Counted from the stretch's first letter, positions 12,458 to 25,138 are shown. The stretch is 38,973 bases of DNA from Vicugna vicugna (GCA_013265495.1 MU058802.1:128724-167696), one strand, 5' to 3'. The notes: generated by a model from the letters alone, not told the origin. Made by a program: numbers and translations.

Positions 12458-13000
12458 ATAGTAGTTTTAATTTACAAAGGAAAAATAAAAAACAAGATAG
12501 TACAGAGTTCCCAGATGGCATACACTCAGTTTCCCCTGTTATGAATATCTTACTTTGTTATAGTATATCTGTACAATAAATGGACAAATACTAAAACATT
12601 ATATTTTTTTAGTTGAACTTAATGCCCCTTTTTTCATTTCAAGATCTAATACAGGATACTGCGTTACATTTTGTTGTCTTGTCTCTGTAGGACTCTCTGG
12701 CCTATGATCGTTTCTCAAACTTTCCTTGTTTTGATAACCTTAACATATTTCAGGAGTATTTGTCAGGTATTTGCAGAATGGGATTTCACTAATGATCTTT
12801 TTATGATTAGACTGGGGTTACAGTTTTTGGAGGAATAATACAGAGATAAAATGCCCTTGTCATCACATCATGTGAAGGCTGCATACTATCAACATGACTT
12901 AGCACTGTTGATGTTGAACTTGAGTACCTCTTTAAGGTTGTGTTTTCCATTTGTCCACTGCAAAATAGGTTTTCTTTGTTCCTCTTTTCCATATTGTATT
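12458..13000 (-). mobile_element. Old L1 3'UTR (L1MC/L1MD-like)
   Basis: gatagtacagagttccc...cagtttcccct, caggatactgcgttacattt, atgattagactggggtta and acatgacttagcactgttgatgttgaacttga match the reverse of L1MC-type 3' ends. Confidence 0.8.
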
Positions 13001-14629
13001 ACTTTATTTTTATTTTTATATTTTCTACTTTAAGAAGAATTATTAGAGAATTTTCTCTCTCCATTTATCTTATTATTATTAACTTATAATATTTTATACT
13101 CCCATCTTTTGATTTTAATATATTCTTAGGTTGAAAAGAGAGTCTGATATTTTGAAATGTAAGGTAGGCATTATTTGAATAAATTATTAACTCAGGAATT
13201 AAAGTTTTGACTAAAGGAATGAACATCCAACACCATGAACTGAATATAAATAGCTAAATAAATAAATCATAAAAAACTTTCCCATTGTATGTAATAATGG
13301 CTCCATGATGATCAAAATTTATCAACAAATGAATTGATACAGAAAAATTATAGGGTTGAAATATTCAATTAATTTTAATGCATACTTGTTTATAGTGTCA
13401 TGCAAGTTTGAATACTTTAATGTGCTTTTCTTTAATTAGTTATATATCATTATTTTTTTCTGGCTGGAAAATATATAACAACTCTGTCTTGAGGTTAATT
13501 TATGCAAATATGCATTTTGTTTTTTCTTTTAAAAGTCATAGATGATTTTATTGGTTATGTCAAGAATATAAGTGTTTTGACAAATTATACTGTCTAAAAT
13601 ATAAAATAGAGTTTACTATGGTTTATTTGTTTTGACAATATTTTTAAGTAATTTAGCTTATTTATAAATAAATAGCATCTTCAAGAATTTAAATAATATG
13701 CTATTACCTATAAAAAGTTGTATTAACTTGGTATAATTAACAATTTAGAAGGCAGTCCCATATTAATACATCTCACAACATGCTTTTGGGATTAGATGTG
13801 ACCCCTGGTAATTCCACCCCTGTGAGTGTCTAACCCATAGTGAAGATGTAACAATTTAATGGAAATAATAAACCATCTAATAGTTAAAATATAACTGATT
13901 TTGTGAAGAAATATTATTTCTAGATATAATTAGCAACCAAAATGAGAGGAAAGTAGAATTAATGGAGAGTTCCAACTTCCATGGATGATATATAAATATA
14001 TTTACATATGCACGTGCTTCAAGTATCAATGTACTTTTTTATTTGGTTTTAATAAAGTAGTAATTACAGAGGGATTGCTTATCAAAGAAAGCTTTAGGGA
14101 GCTTAATTACAGTTACATAAAATAAGCCTTTCAGTCGCTAAGTACAAATTGAGTAAGAAAATCCATCATTACATTTTTAATAATGTACTCAAATTGAAAT
14201 GTTTAGACATTTAGCAATTTTCTAAGAGTAAGTCAGCAGGTTAAAAATTAGCATACTTCTTCAATGTAAGCTAATTTAGCTATTAATTTACATAATTTAC
14301 TTAATGCAAGCTACTTTCTAAAACATTTCAATTTCTTAACCTTTAATGAAAATCTAATGTCTTAATAATAATATACCACTCTCTGAACATGATAATTTAG
14401 TGAAATTATCACATAAGTTGGCTTTTTGCTTTCAGCAATCAATGAGTTTCTACATTTTTATGAGTGTGTTCTGGGGAAAAAAAAGTGCCCCTAAAAGTAT
14501 GAAATCACTTAAGATTTGAATTTGTTTAATATAGCACTATTCCCTTCTCAGAGTGCATACATTTCAAAGGAAAAAAGATCATATAAATAAAAACATGAAT
14601 TATTTTTAAAAACTGTAACTGTTAATACT

Positions 14630-15002
14630 AGTTTATTTTTTAACTGGCTTATTTGTTTTTTTTATATTTTCTCATTGCTCAATGGATATTCATTTTATAT
14701 TTCTCTGGTAGAATATTTTAACTGTCTCATATCAGTTTTTGCTAAAAAAACAAAGTCAGGTAATTTACCTGAGGGTTAAAGTTAATCCCTTAAACTTACA
14801 GCAATCTCCTTTAAATTAATGTTACACTAGCTTCCCTTTATGTTATTATAACAAATCATAGTTTTATATTTTGTGTGCCCAATAGCATAAGTTATAATCA
14901 TATTTATTTGTTTTTTAAAATCATATAGAAAAAAAGAAGAGTTAAAGCAAAATATAATAATATTGATAAAGGTAATTATATAGGTAAATGTAAAAGCCAG
15001 TA
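14630..15002 (-). mobile_element. Old L1M inter-ORF fragment with a short inverted piece at 14966-15002
   Basis: Minus strand reads ...ctcttctttttttctatatgattttaaaa...tatgctattgggcacaca; plus strand reads ataaaggtaattatataggtaaatgtaaaagccagta; both recalled from L1M consensus. Confidence 0.55.
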
Positions 15003-15479
15003 AATTGATGATTTAATGGAAGAATTGAGGTCAAAAGTAATAATTATGTACATTTTTCTTAGTCTGTGTTCTATGTGAATATGCAGATTTTTTTAAAACT
15101 CCAGCATAACTTTGGACATTCATATAATTGGCATTTATTGAGTATTTTAATACGTTAGACATAACAGTAGAAAGTATTGGGGCAATAGTTATTTGTTGCA
15201 CAACAAATAGAAATGGATACAGCAAATGGAAAAAATGGAAAATAATTTATTTTCTTTAATAATTCTTAAATTCCTGCTCATTTTATGATTTTTATGACAT
15301 TATATTTCTAAAGTCTCAACATTCCTATTGGCACTCCTTAGACTAGGCCTAGTCAACTCTGGCCTAGATTTTTGAGTTGGTGTCTAAATCCCTTCCTTCA
15401 AATTAATATTCCAAGAGACCTTAATACTCACCTCTAAGGAAACTTCATACTGATTGCCTAGGCCAATAGACATGTTTGT

Positions 15480-15695
15480 TTGGTTGCAAACACGTGTTAA
15501 AGCCTTTAGGAAAAGAGAAAAACGACTTTGAGGGTGGCTCAGAGGCCAGTAGGACTGCCACTGCCATCAAAGTCCCAGAGGGTTGAACCCAATAGGTGAG
15601 GTCAACACCTGCTTGGCTCCAGAGGTTGGAGTCACTTACTAATGGGGCTGACTGTTGCTCCTGAAGGCCAAGGTTGGTGGGCCAGGGGAAGCATC
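15480..15695 (+). mobile_element. MLT1-int-like fragment
   Basis: gggtggctcagaggccagtaggactgccactgccatcaaagtcccagag resembles MaLR internal sequence; locally GC-rich. Confidence 0.5.
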
Positions 15696-17116
15696 ACCAT
15701 GGTGGTAATGGCATATGATAAACATACAAGCTAACAGAACAAAATTGAGAGTCTAGAGATATACCAAAATATCCATGGACAATTGCTTTTAGACAAGGGT
15801 GTAAAGACACTTCAAGGCAGTAAACAGTAGTCCTTTCAACAATTGGTGCTGGGACGACTGGATAGTCACAGGACAAAGAAGGAAGATGGACCTCCTCTCC
15901 CTAGTTCATATGATAAACAGAAATCAACCCAAAATGGATAATCCACCTAAACATAAGGGCTAAAATATAAACTTCTTAGAGAAAAACACAGGAATAAATC
16001 TTCATGACATTGAATTCTGCAATGATTTCCTAGACTAAATGACACTAAAACTATAAGCAACAAAAGAGAAAATAAATTAGAGCTCATCAAAATTAAAACC
16101 TTGTGAGCATCAAAAGAAATTACCAAGAAAGTACAAAATGACCTGCAGAACAGGAGAAAATATTTGCAAGACATATATCTGGTAAGGGTCTAGTATCCAG
16201 AATCGATAGAGAACACTTGCAGCTCACTGATAAAAAGACAAATAACCCAATCAAAAATAAGTAAACACTTAAATAGACATTTCTCCAAAGAAGATACATG
16301 GATATAAATAGAGAACAAAAGTATGAAAAGATGATCAATATCATTAATTGTTAGGAAAATGCAAATCACAACCACAATGTGTTACAACTTCACACTCATT
16401 AGGATGGCTATATTCAACAAAGCAATAACAAAACAATATCAACTGTTGGTAAAGATGTGGAGAAATTAGAACACATATATTGTTAGTGGAAATGTAAAAA
16501 TGACACAACTCTTGTAGAACACAGTTTTGCACTTAATCAAAAACTTAAACAGAATGACCACATGACCCTATAATTCTACTCCCAGGTATATACCAAAAAC
16601 AATTAAGTACTCAGATAAGTGCCTGTACACGCATGTTCATAGCAGCACTATTCACAGTAGCCAAAAGGTAGAAATAGTACAATGTTCATCAACGGGTAAG
16701 TGAATAAACAATTTGTGATATGTGTATACAATGGAGTATTTTTCAGCCACAAAAAGCAATGAAGTACTGATACATGCTACTACATGCTATGTTGTGGGTG
16801 AATCTTGAAACATTATGTTAAGTGAAAAGATCCAAACACAAAAGATCTACGTTATATAATTCCATTTATATGACATATCAAAAATAGATACATTCATCCA
16901 GATAGAAAGCAAACTGATAGTTGCCAGTGGTTGGGAGGAAGGAGGAGTGGGAAGGGATTGCTTAATAGGCATGAAATTATCTTGTAAAGTGAAGGAAACG
17001 TTTAGAACTTGATTTAGGTGGTGGTTGTAGAACATTGCAATGTACAAAATGTCAAGGAAACATACATTTCAACATGGTTACTTTTATATTCTGTGAATTT
17101 TACCTCAATAAAAAAA
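15696..17116 (+). mobile_element. L1MB-like LINE-1, ORF2 3' end plus 3'UTR
   Basis: ctttcaacaattggtgctgggacgactggata, agacatttctccaaagaaga and atgttcatagcagcactattcacagtagccaaaagg; ends gtgaattttacctcaataaaaaaaa. Confidence 0.9.
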
Positions 17117-17177
17117 ATTCTTGTTTATTTGAAATTCAAGTTTGACTGACTATCTTGTATTTTATCTGGCAACCTAT
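17117..17177. mobile_element. MER53-like (hAT MITE) terminal fragment
   Basis: gtttatttgaaattcaagtttgactg...tgtattttatctggcaacct. Confidence 0.6.
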
Positions 17178-17939
17178 ATATAGTTCATATTATCTGCATC
17201 ACTTATCAAAATGTTATAAAAATCAGGCACTTAATATTTTTTTAAACAGCAAATAGCTTAATTTTGTCAGTCACTCTTTCAGTTATCTAAAATGACGTAA
17301 TTATTCCATTTGCATATAACAGCAATTTTTGTCTTTTAGAAACACATATGCAACTACACAAAGCAGAGTTAAAGATCTTTGTGTTTACATAGAAATGATA
17401 AAAAAAACTACATAAAAGTCACTGCTGTCCCCTTGATTTTTGTTATTTAGAAACACTCTTCTTATTCACCTTCTTGTACTCTTATGCTTCATAGCTTACT
17501 TTCATTACTAATGCAGCATTAAATTAATAATATATAAATTGATTTCTTTTGAACTTTGATTTTACTTCAGCATCCCTAGCCACAACATCTATGTTTCTCA
17601 TATTCTTTGCCTTTTGGTGTTTATCACATAATGCCATGGGACGACTCAAAGAGAAAGTATGGAGGCAAAACAAATAGACAACTGAAGTTTTTATTTTCTT
17701 CTTCTTTTAATTTAACAGAAGTGACCTTACAAACAGTATCTTTTTCCAACTGAATAAAAAAGATAGTGGTGATTTTTTGCAATCTCTTTATAGCAGAACA
17801 AAACAAAGCCCAGAAGAAATGCCTGTGCACATAAGCTATGTTGGAAGCACTGAGATGTTTATTAGACGGAGGACTGGGGTTACATGACAAGCATCTTAAA
17901 ACATGATTTGAAGTGAAGCTCAGTGACTTTTCCCTGCAG

Positions 17940-18068
17940 GATGATCCTACTAATAGGAAGGCAGCATGGATCAAGTACTCTCTGCGCACTGTGGAAGCAG
18001 GGTGGCTGGACATAAGCACTGGCTTAGTAGAAACCATCGTATTCAAAGCTGCCAACTGTGGACTTAAA
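17940..18068 (+). other. Candidate spliced exon (129 nt, open frame), gene unknown
   Basis: Acceptor ttttccctgcag|G and donor AAA|gtgaga; reads DDPTNRKAAWIKYSLRTVEAGWLDISTGLVETIVFKAANCGLK without a stop; no homolog recognised. Confidence 0.25.
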
Positions 18069-18650
18069 GTGAGAATGAGATGAGCTCAGCAATTCAGAGG
18101 GATCAAACCCTCTGGGTCCCTTAACTGAAGGAAAAATTTTTTTTTCCTGTAAATAATTCTTGAAAGCAATGGAGTGAAATTTAGATTTTTGTAACTCCTT
18201 TAAAATGAACTTAATTTCAGTAAGATAGCACATTTGTTTTGCATTTCCGTTTCTCATAATCTCTGTGGACTTGATTAATATGTTAGAAAAGTAACCAAAT
18301 GTCTGTCCTATATTTAAATACAGAAGTCATGAGTCTTTAACTCAAAAATCAATTTTTTTAAATATCACACACAATATATTTTGCAGAAAACCAATCTTTC
18401 CCTCAAGAATGAGTTTAAATCAATAATTTAACTTAGATACAGTAATAATCAAAAGTAAAGTAATAATATTAGTAATGTTGGTCTAATTTTCTGAACTTTG
18501 TGATAAAATGCACTAAATTTGGGAAATCAGGTTATATGTCTTTTAATAATAATAAAGACTGCATGTATCTTTAGTTCAGTTTGAGCAGAGCTCATGCAAT
18601 ACAAGGCATTGAGTTTTTAAACAGTATTGGTCATTAGCTGTTGTTCCCAG

Positions 18651-18742
18651 GAAGGGTACACTGAAATACCATGGCAACACAAAACCAGAGAACATAATTC
18701 CAACATGTACTCTGATCAGAAAGTAACAACTTCTTTCAGAAG
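18651..18742 (+). other. Candidate spliced exon (92 nt), gene unknown
   Basis: Acceptor tgttgttcccag|G and donor AAG|gtacgt; one open frame EGYTEIPWQHKTREHNSNMYSDQKVTTSFR. Confidence 0.25.
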
Positions 18743-19179
18743 GTACGTGACGCACCCCTTTCACTCCCATAACAGAAAGAATGCTTGATGCTCGTTAACA
18801 AACCCAGGTGTCAAAGAAAAAACATGAGCAAGAATTCTTACACTGTAGAATCAAAAGGATACAGTGAGTGTCTTAAGACGTAAAACAAATACAAGCCACC
18901 GTTTTGCACAATGCAAGGTTGATAACTAAAGTTTGAATAGAAATTATTAGATGTTGCTGAGTAATTAGAGTTGGCTGGTTCATTTACCATAAAACATACT
19001 GTAATCCTAAGCCTGCCTCTACTTAACGTTCAGGCCAACCAGGTAAAGTTGCTGTTCAGAGATTTAAATCACATTAGGTGGTTACAACAAAGAAAAATTA
19101 CAACAGAATTCAGAAGGTAAGACTGCTGCAGGTTTTAAAGCCCTGGGGTGGAGGTCTAGTCTATGTTAGACTGAATAGT

Positions 19180-19700
19180 TTAGGCTTGAGAAAGACAGAA
19201 TGGTGAGGGCTTGGGAGACAAGCTGCTCTGTGTGACTGAAGTATCTAAGGAGTGGGGAAAGGGGAAGAGTGATGTTGAAAAAAAGAGACACACTTTGATA
19301 GGCCTTAGATCCTGTGTAAAATAAAACCAGAGAATAATGTGGAGTCATTGAAATTTTACATCAGCAAACTGACCTGAATGAACTTGTATTACCAAAGACT
19401 GCTCGTCCTGTAGTTTGGAGGAAATGGTGGAGCTGTGTGTCAAAACACTAGCAACAGCAATAACAAAACAATGGTGAAAATTGTGTCATGTCAGTGGCAA
19501 TAGAGGTGAAAATATTAGTCTCATGGACTTTAGTGAGCGATAGGATGTAGGAAAAGGTAAGAAGAGAATCAAATATGATGTCTAAATTTCTGAATTGCTC
19601 AGCTAACTGGAAGGTGGCACAATTCAATGAAATAGGGCAAACAGAGGGGAAGCAGATTTAGTCTGGGGCATGTTGAGTTTGTGAGCCCTGCTGTTCATGC
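19180..19700 (-). mobile_element. LINE-2 fragment
   Basis: Purine-rich; agagaatcaaatatgatgtctaaatttctg, gaaggtggcacaattcaatgaaataggg and ggggcatgttgagtttg match reversed L2. Confidence 0.7.
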
Positions 19701-20483
19701 AAAATTAATTCACTCAAAAGCACGATGCTCTATGTATGGACTAAAATCTCAGCGGATTAAAAAGCCAAAGGTTTACAGCTTATTTTTATTACATACTCAT
19801 TATGGATAAGAGGTGTTCTCGTCACTCCAGTTGCTTACTTATTCCAGCGGGATCCATTCTGAATTTAAATGTCTCATGGAAAGAGAATCAGAGGCTTGAA
19901 TTAGTCCTACAAGAGGCATGGTTTCAGGGGCACCATGATGCACATGTTGGTGCATCACATTTCAGAAGAAACCTGGCCTGGGATCATCTATTGTTTTCTC
20001 ATAAGCTTCTTTTCTGGTCCCCTTGTCATTATATTTTCCTGCATAAGTCACAGTAGTTCTTAAGAGAGGGGGTCTCTGCTTGGGTAATGTCAAGTTCAGT
20101 CAAATATGCTCCATATTTAAAAGTCCAGTAGTAAACCGTATAATTTGCATTCACAATTTCAGGTATTTGTTTAAAAGTAAAAACTTTGAGCTTTCACTGC
20201 ATCATCTCTTACTTTTGGAGAATTAGATTTATCTCAATGTATTTATGCTCTAAAATTCTACTGAATTACCAGACAAGATTTCCTTATCCTTCCAGGTGAA
20301 TTCTTCTTTGGAGTATTGTTCTATTTCAATGTACCTGACTTGAGACAAGCTCAGTGTAGAAGCGCCATTATTAATGTTAAACATCCAAATGGAAGCATTC
20401 AAATTTTAGACATCTTTACTCATAGGTCTTTAAGATTGCTATACAGAATAGCTTCCCTCCTCCCAGTGGCCAGCTGTGCATTC

Positions 20484-21052
20484 TGTTGAACAGAGTACCA
20501 TGCACCAGTTAGTTACTAACCCGAGGGAAGCAGAACACTGTGCACCATTTACTGACCCCATGGGTGGACTCCAAACACTTCTGCCCATTGTGTCTTGGTA
20601 TTGGAGTCACCAAGATAAACACAACACAGTCAAGCACTGAATGGAACCATGGTTTACTCACACAGAAAAGAGACATAGTCAGATCAGCTTCAGTAGTGGG
20701 CATCAGTCTCCCATGGCCAGAGGGTCTCTCCTGGCAGCTGACAAAGGACAATTGCCTATTTGCCTACACACACCCCTCCTGAGTCATGGGAGCATGGTGG
20801 AAGGATGCTGACTTCTCCCTTGTGTGGTCTGAAATACTGAAAACTGGGGACATGCCTGAGGGCCTTAGGCAGAAAAAAGGAGCATACAATGAGCTTGAAA
20901 CAGAGAAAGATATTCTCACACAAGGCATCACGCCTGACACAGGCTGTGTGGGTTCTTTATTTCTTGGTAAGGAAGCTCCAGACCTAAGGCCCATTTTTAT
21001 GTTGACCAAACAGGGCTCAGAAGACTATCACATACGCCTGTATTTCCCAACA
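20484..21052 (-). mobile_element. Solo LTR, ERVL class (569 bp), with perfect 5-bp TSD
   Basis: TGTTG...CAACA inverted termini; CATTC at 20479-20483 and 21053-21057; AGTAAA polyA-like signal on the minus strand near 20653. Confidence 0.85.
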
Positions 21053-21104
21053 CATTCCAAGTGAATACTAAAAGAGTTTTTAAGACACATGGAAGACCCC
21101 CAGT

Positions 21105-21305
21105 AGAATAAGATGGCCTGTGTGTGAATCAGGATCTGCCTCCTCCTCAATGTCTGATCTGACAAGTTAACTAAATTCTATACCTCAGTTTCTTCACTTT
21201 TAAAGAGAAAATAATATCCAAAGGATGTTGTAAAGACTAGATATGCTAATTTGTGGTAAATGCTTAGAATTATGACTGACACATAGTAAGTGCTAAATAA
21301 AATGT
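21105..21305 (+). mobile_element. MIR SINE
   Basis: gacaagttaactaaattctatacctcagtttcttcac...cacatagtaagtgctaaataaa. Confidence 0.85.
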
Positions 21306-23759
21306 ATCACAACCCAGTAATTATTAGTAGTATTTTTAAAATTAAAGGTGTAGTCATTTGCCTTTCATGTAAAATTAGATCTCAAAAGGAATCTTCCTGG
21401 AAAATAACATCTGACAAAAGATGACTGGCTGTAAACAACAATGAGAGTAAATAGTTGCCAATTTTATATTATAGTATTATGATTAGCCGTGAATTTCTCA
21501 GTATTACACTGCTTACTTCAAGTTGTTATTTATTTATTCACTACTACACCCCTGTATTCATGGTACAGCATACACCACGTTATTTGTCATCACCCACAAA
21601 TCCACTCCAAATTTTCATTCTCTGGAGCAAATAAAGACACAAAAGCAAAGAATGAAATTTCAAATATCATTTCTAAAATTAGTTATTGGCAAACTGTCTC
21701 CATGTGAAACTTGTAAATACATTCTGGAAATGAATTTGCTTGTCCACATACTCTAAGTTTACTGTGTTCTTCTGTCAAACTAAGAAAACAGTTTAGAAAA
21801 TATCTGATATTTGGTTATGATGTACATTTACTTAGATTACTTAAATTTTAATATATTCAGTAGTTAAATTTTTAAATGTGAGGGAAAAATTACAATAATT
21901 ATGATGTGCTATTGGATCTTCAAGAGTATAATTTAGTAAACATGGAACAATATTTAAAATTTGTAATTAGAAGATAAAAACATTGATATATAAAAACAAT
22001 TTTTAAAAAAGCAACTTAAAGTGATTTTAAATAGTATTGTGAATTCAAAGCGCAATGTATTTTTTTAAAATACGTAAGTTCAGAAATATCTGAGACCAAT
22101 AAAAATATAACATATTGTATTAGACATACAAAAAATATTAGATATAAAAATGTAAAAACATCGGTTTTTCATACGGGACACATGGACAAGATTATTGATA
22201 CATTTCATTTATAGATGAAGATGATGAAAAGACATATGATTAAAAAAATAAAGTATGAAAAACGTTTCATAGCAGAGCGAAATGTGATTTTGTTTGAATA
22301 AGTGAGCTGCAATGCAGAAAACTGTAAAGGTGAAGTGTCTCGTGCACTGAAGCATTAGTGAGACCTGTGATAATCTTCATGTACTAGTAGATAGATTAGT
22401 TATCATCTGAAGAGACCCTGAAATGTCAGGAGAAATTCTGTGTAAGATTTTTTTTTTAACCTTTCAAAAGCAGGCACAAGTCTTTCAGGGTGGTGTGCTT
22501 ACATGACAATCAAGTAGAGAGCAGGGGACTCCTCAAGGAGTAACTGCTGCGAAACTACCTCGCTGATAATTTATAAAAGTTACCTAGAAGCGTGGTGAAA
22601 TTTAAACTCAAATAATACATTACAGTTATAGAATGTTGAGCCACAAAGGAAGAAAGGTTGGGTAGACATCATAAACTACTCGTCATTCACATTACTAACG
22701 ACAGTGATGGTCGGCATCAGGGGAGGAAGCCAAGGTCTTTAATTTCAATCTGGGAAAAATCAAGGGTCAATCAAGGCAGTGCATAAATGCTCATCCATCA
22801 TCCAGGGTCAGTAAATCCAGCCTCTGGGGGAAAATATTTCACATATAGTAAATTTACTTCAAGTTGAATATTGGTAGTGGTAGGTAAAAGCATTAATCTC
22901 AGGGATGCTGAGATTTTATTTTAACTAAAAAAAAAAAAGTTACCAGATAATAGGTGTATTTTTTTTTTCAGTGCAGATGTGATATTTTAAAAAGTCAAAT
23001 CACTACTTCTAAGAAAGAATGGTTTCTTTTGTAAATAAGTTCTTAAAGTTTGCTGTTTTCTGTTTCATAAAAACTTTAGAAGACATGCAAAATTCTTTGT
23101 TCCAGGGAATGTAGCTTGTTTAAAGACTATGGGAAGAAAAATAGTGTATGAGTTTAGCATGAGGACATTACAAAGCTAGGTTTGAGAAAAGGCTTCTCGT
23201 GTAAAGAATTGAAATTTATTTTAAGATTAATGCCATATAACATGACCTTCCCTCCCTAAAAGTTCACTCCATATATGGAGAATGCTTGGAATGGAAGGGG
23301 AAAAATAGGGGCTATCTCAGTAAGCAAGAAATTCTGGGCTCTGAACAGCAACTACAGAGATTTAGAAAGGGAGGGTAACTGATCCATATAATAGGCGTTT
23401 TCAACAAGTCAGCACATTTTGGCTTAAAAATGAAAATTGAGGCTGCACAGTTTGTTTAACACGAAGTAATTCTTTAAAGAGAAAACTGAAACAATATTAA
23501 ACACAATCCATGCATTTCTAGTAACTAATCAAATACAACCTCCACTTAAATAGACACTTCAGAAGATAAAATGCATCAATAAGAAAAAACATAAAACAAA
23601 TGACTAAACAAACAATAAAACCTATGTGCAAACTAACAAGATGTGCATTGACTTGTATTTATAATAAGAGACCTTGATGGTAAATCCACCAATAAAATGG
23701 GTGGGATGGAAAAGCACCAATAAAAAATCTGCAACAGCTAACTGTCACCTGTGCCCAGT

Positions 23760-23940
23760 TATCCCTACATTAAAGAACCCTTGTAATCGCATTGGGTCTA
23801 CCCGAATAATCCAAGATGACCACCTTATTTTAAGGGTTAGTACTCTTAATGCCATCTACAATCTTAATTCTCCTTTGTCATAGAACATAACATATTCACA
23901 AGGTTTGGGGTATAGGATATGGACATCTTTTAGGGGTGGG
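23760..23940 (-). mobile_element. MLT1 (B/C-like) LTR 5' fragment
   Basis: cccttgtaatcgcattgggtctacccgaataatccaagat...acataacatattcacaaggtttgggg..ggatatggacatctt. Confidence 0.8.
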
Positions 23941-24567
23941 AGTAGAATAAATAAAACAAGAATGTTTTTATTTGAGGAACAAAACAGTGGAAATATTTTA
24001 AAAAATGAACAGTTAGTGAGATGAAAATAAGGACTGAAATGCAGGATTTATTCTTACAAAGGATGAATCTCTTCCTTAGAGATCTCTTACATATATTTAG
24101 ACTACCAGCTCAAACATCACCAATTATCCCCAAATAAGATATTTAAAATTTCTACTCCAGTAATAAGCATTAATTATGAATTGCTTAGTTAAATAATTAA
24201 TTACTTTTCAAAATTATTTATTAATTGAACATCTTCTTCTCTAATATTATGAGTAAAAGATGAGTGAGTAATAAAATTTTGCTTTAAGAAATTTACCAGT
24301 TTATGGAAATATTATGACTTAGTCAAAATACAGTCATCACACAAAGAAGGAATTTTAATTCCATTGAAAATGAACAATATTGACAATCCTAAATTCCTAT
24401 GCTCCCAAGAAAGTAAACATATGGCAGCTATTACGTGCAGTTTGGACCATTGCAAGGCACTCACTCTGACTCCTCATATACTGTAGCTAGGAAGAAAATG
24501 ATGTATATTTTAGCAAAGACTTGCTATGGCTCATTATCAAACACTAAATGGCACAGGCAAGGGAGGT

Positions 24568-25138
24568 GCAGTAGGTTCAACAGAGGTGAAGAGGCAGAAG
24601 TGTCCACATCTTAACCCCTGATGCCCGAGAAGATCTATGTTAGGTGTAAAACGGAACTCTGCAGATAAGTTAGACACCTTTAAATACAGAGATAACCCTG
24701 AATTATCTTGGTGTGCCCAATCTAATCACATAAGCACTTCAAGGCAGCTAAATTTCTCAGTCCGGAAGCATGAGACTTCTGGCAAAAAATGAAGTCAGAG
24801 AGATTCCATGTGTTGAAAGGGTTTGGTGCATCATGGCTGAATCTGAAATGAGGTCCCATGTGTAAGGATTATAGAGAAGCTTCTAGAGCTGAGGAAAGCC
24901 GTAAACTGACAGTAAGGAAGCAGAAAGCTTATTTCTGAGCTTTAAGGAACCAGATTCTGCCAACAGTCTATGTGACCTAGGAAGAGAATTTTTCCCAGAG
25001 CCTACCTGTACCAACCCAGCCAGTCTTGATTTTGGCTATCTCAACCTTTGAGCAGAAAAACTAGTCAGGCCAAACTGGACTTCTGACCTACAGAACTACA
25101 AAACAGTAAATTTGTGTTGTTTAAAATCACTGAGGTTT
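24568..25138 (+). mobile_element. MLT1 (D/E-like) LTR
   Basis: tgtccacatcttaacccctg, gcccaatctaatcacat, gattctgccaaca and ggacttctgacctacagaact...aaatttgtgttgttt. Confidence 0.85.

Noticed and set aside
13502..13509. Octamer ATGCAAAT here and elsewhere
   Set aside because: Expected by chance in AT-rich DNA
13787..13837. Possible hairpin tgggattaga...tctaaccca (pre-miRNA)
   Set aside because: Stem of only about 10 bp with poor internal pairing
23760..25138. Inverted MLT1 pair as a dsRNA-forming structure
   Set aside because: Different subfamilies, too diverged for stable pairing
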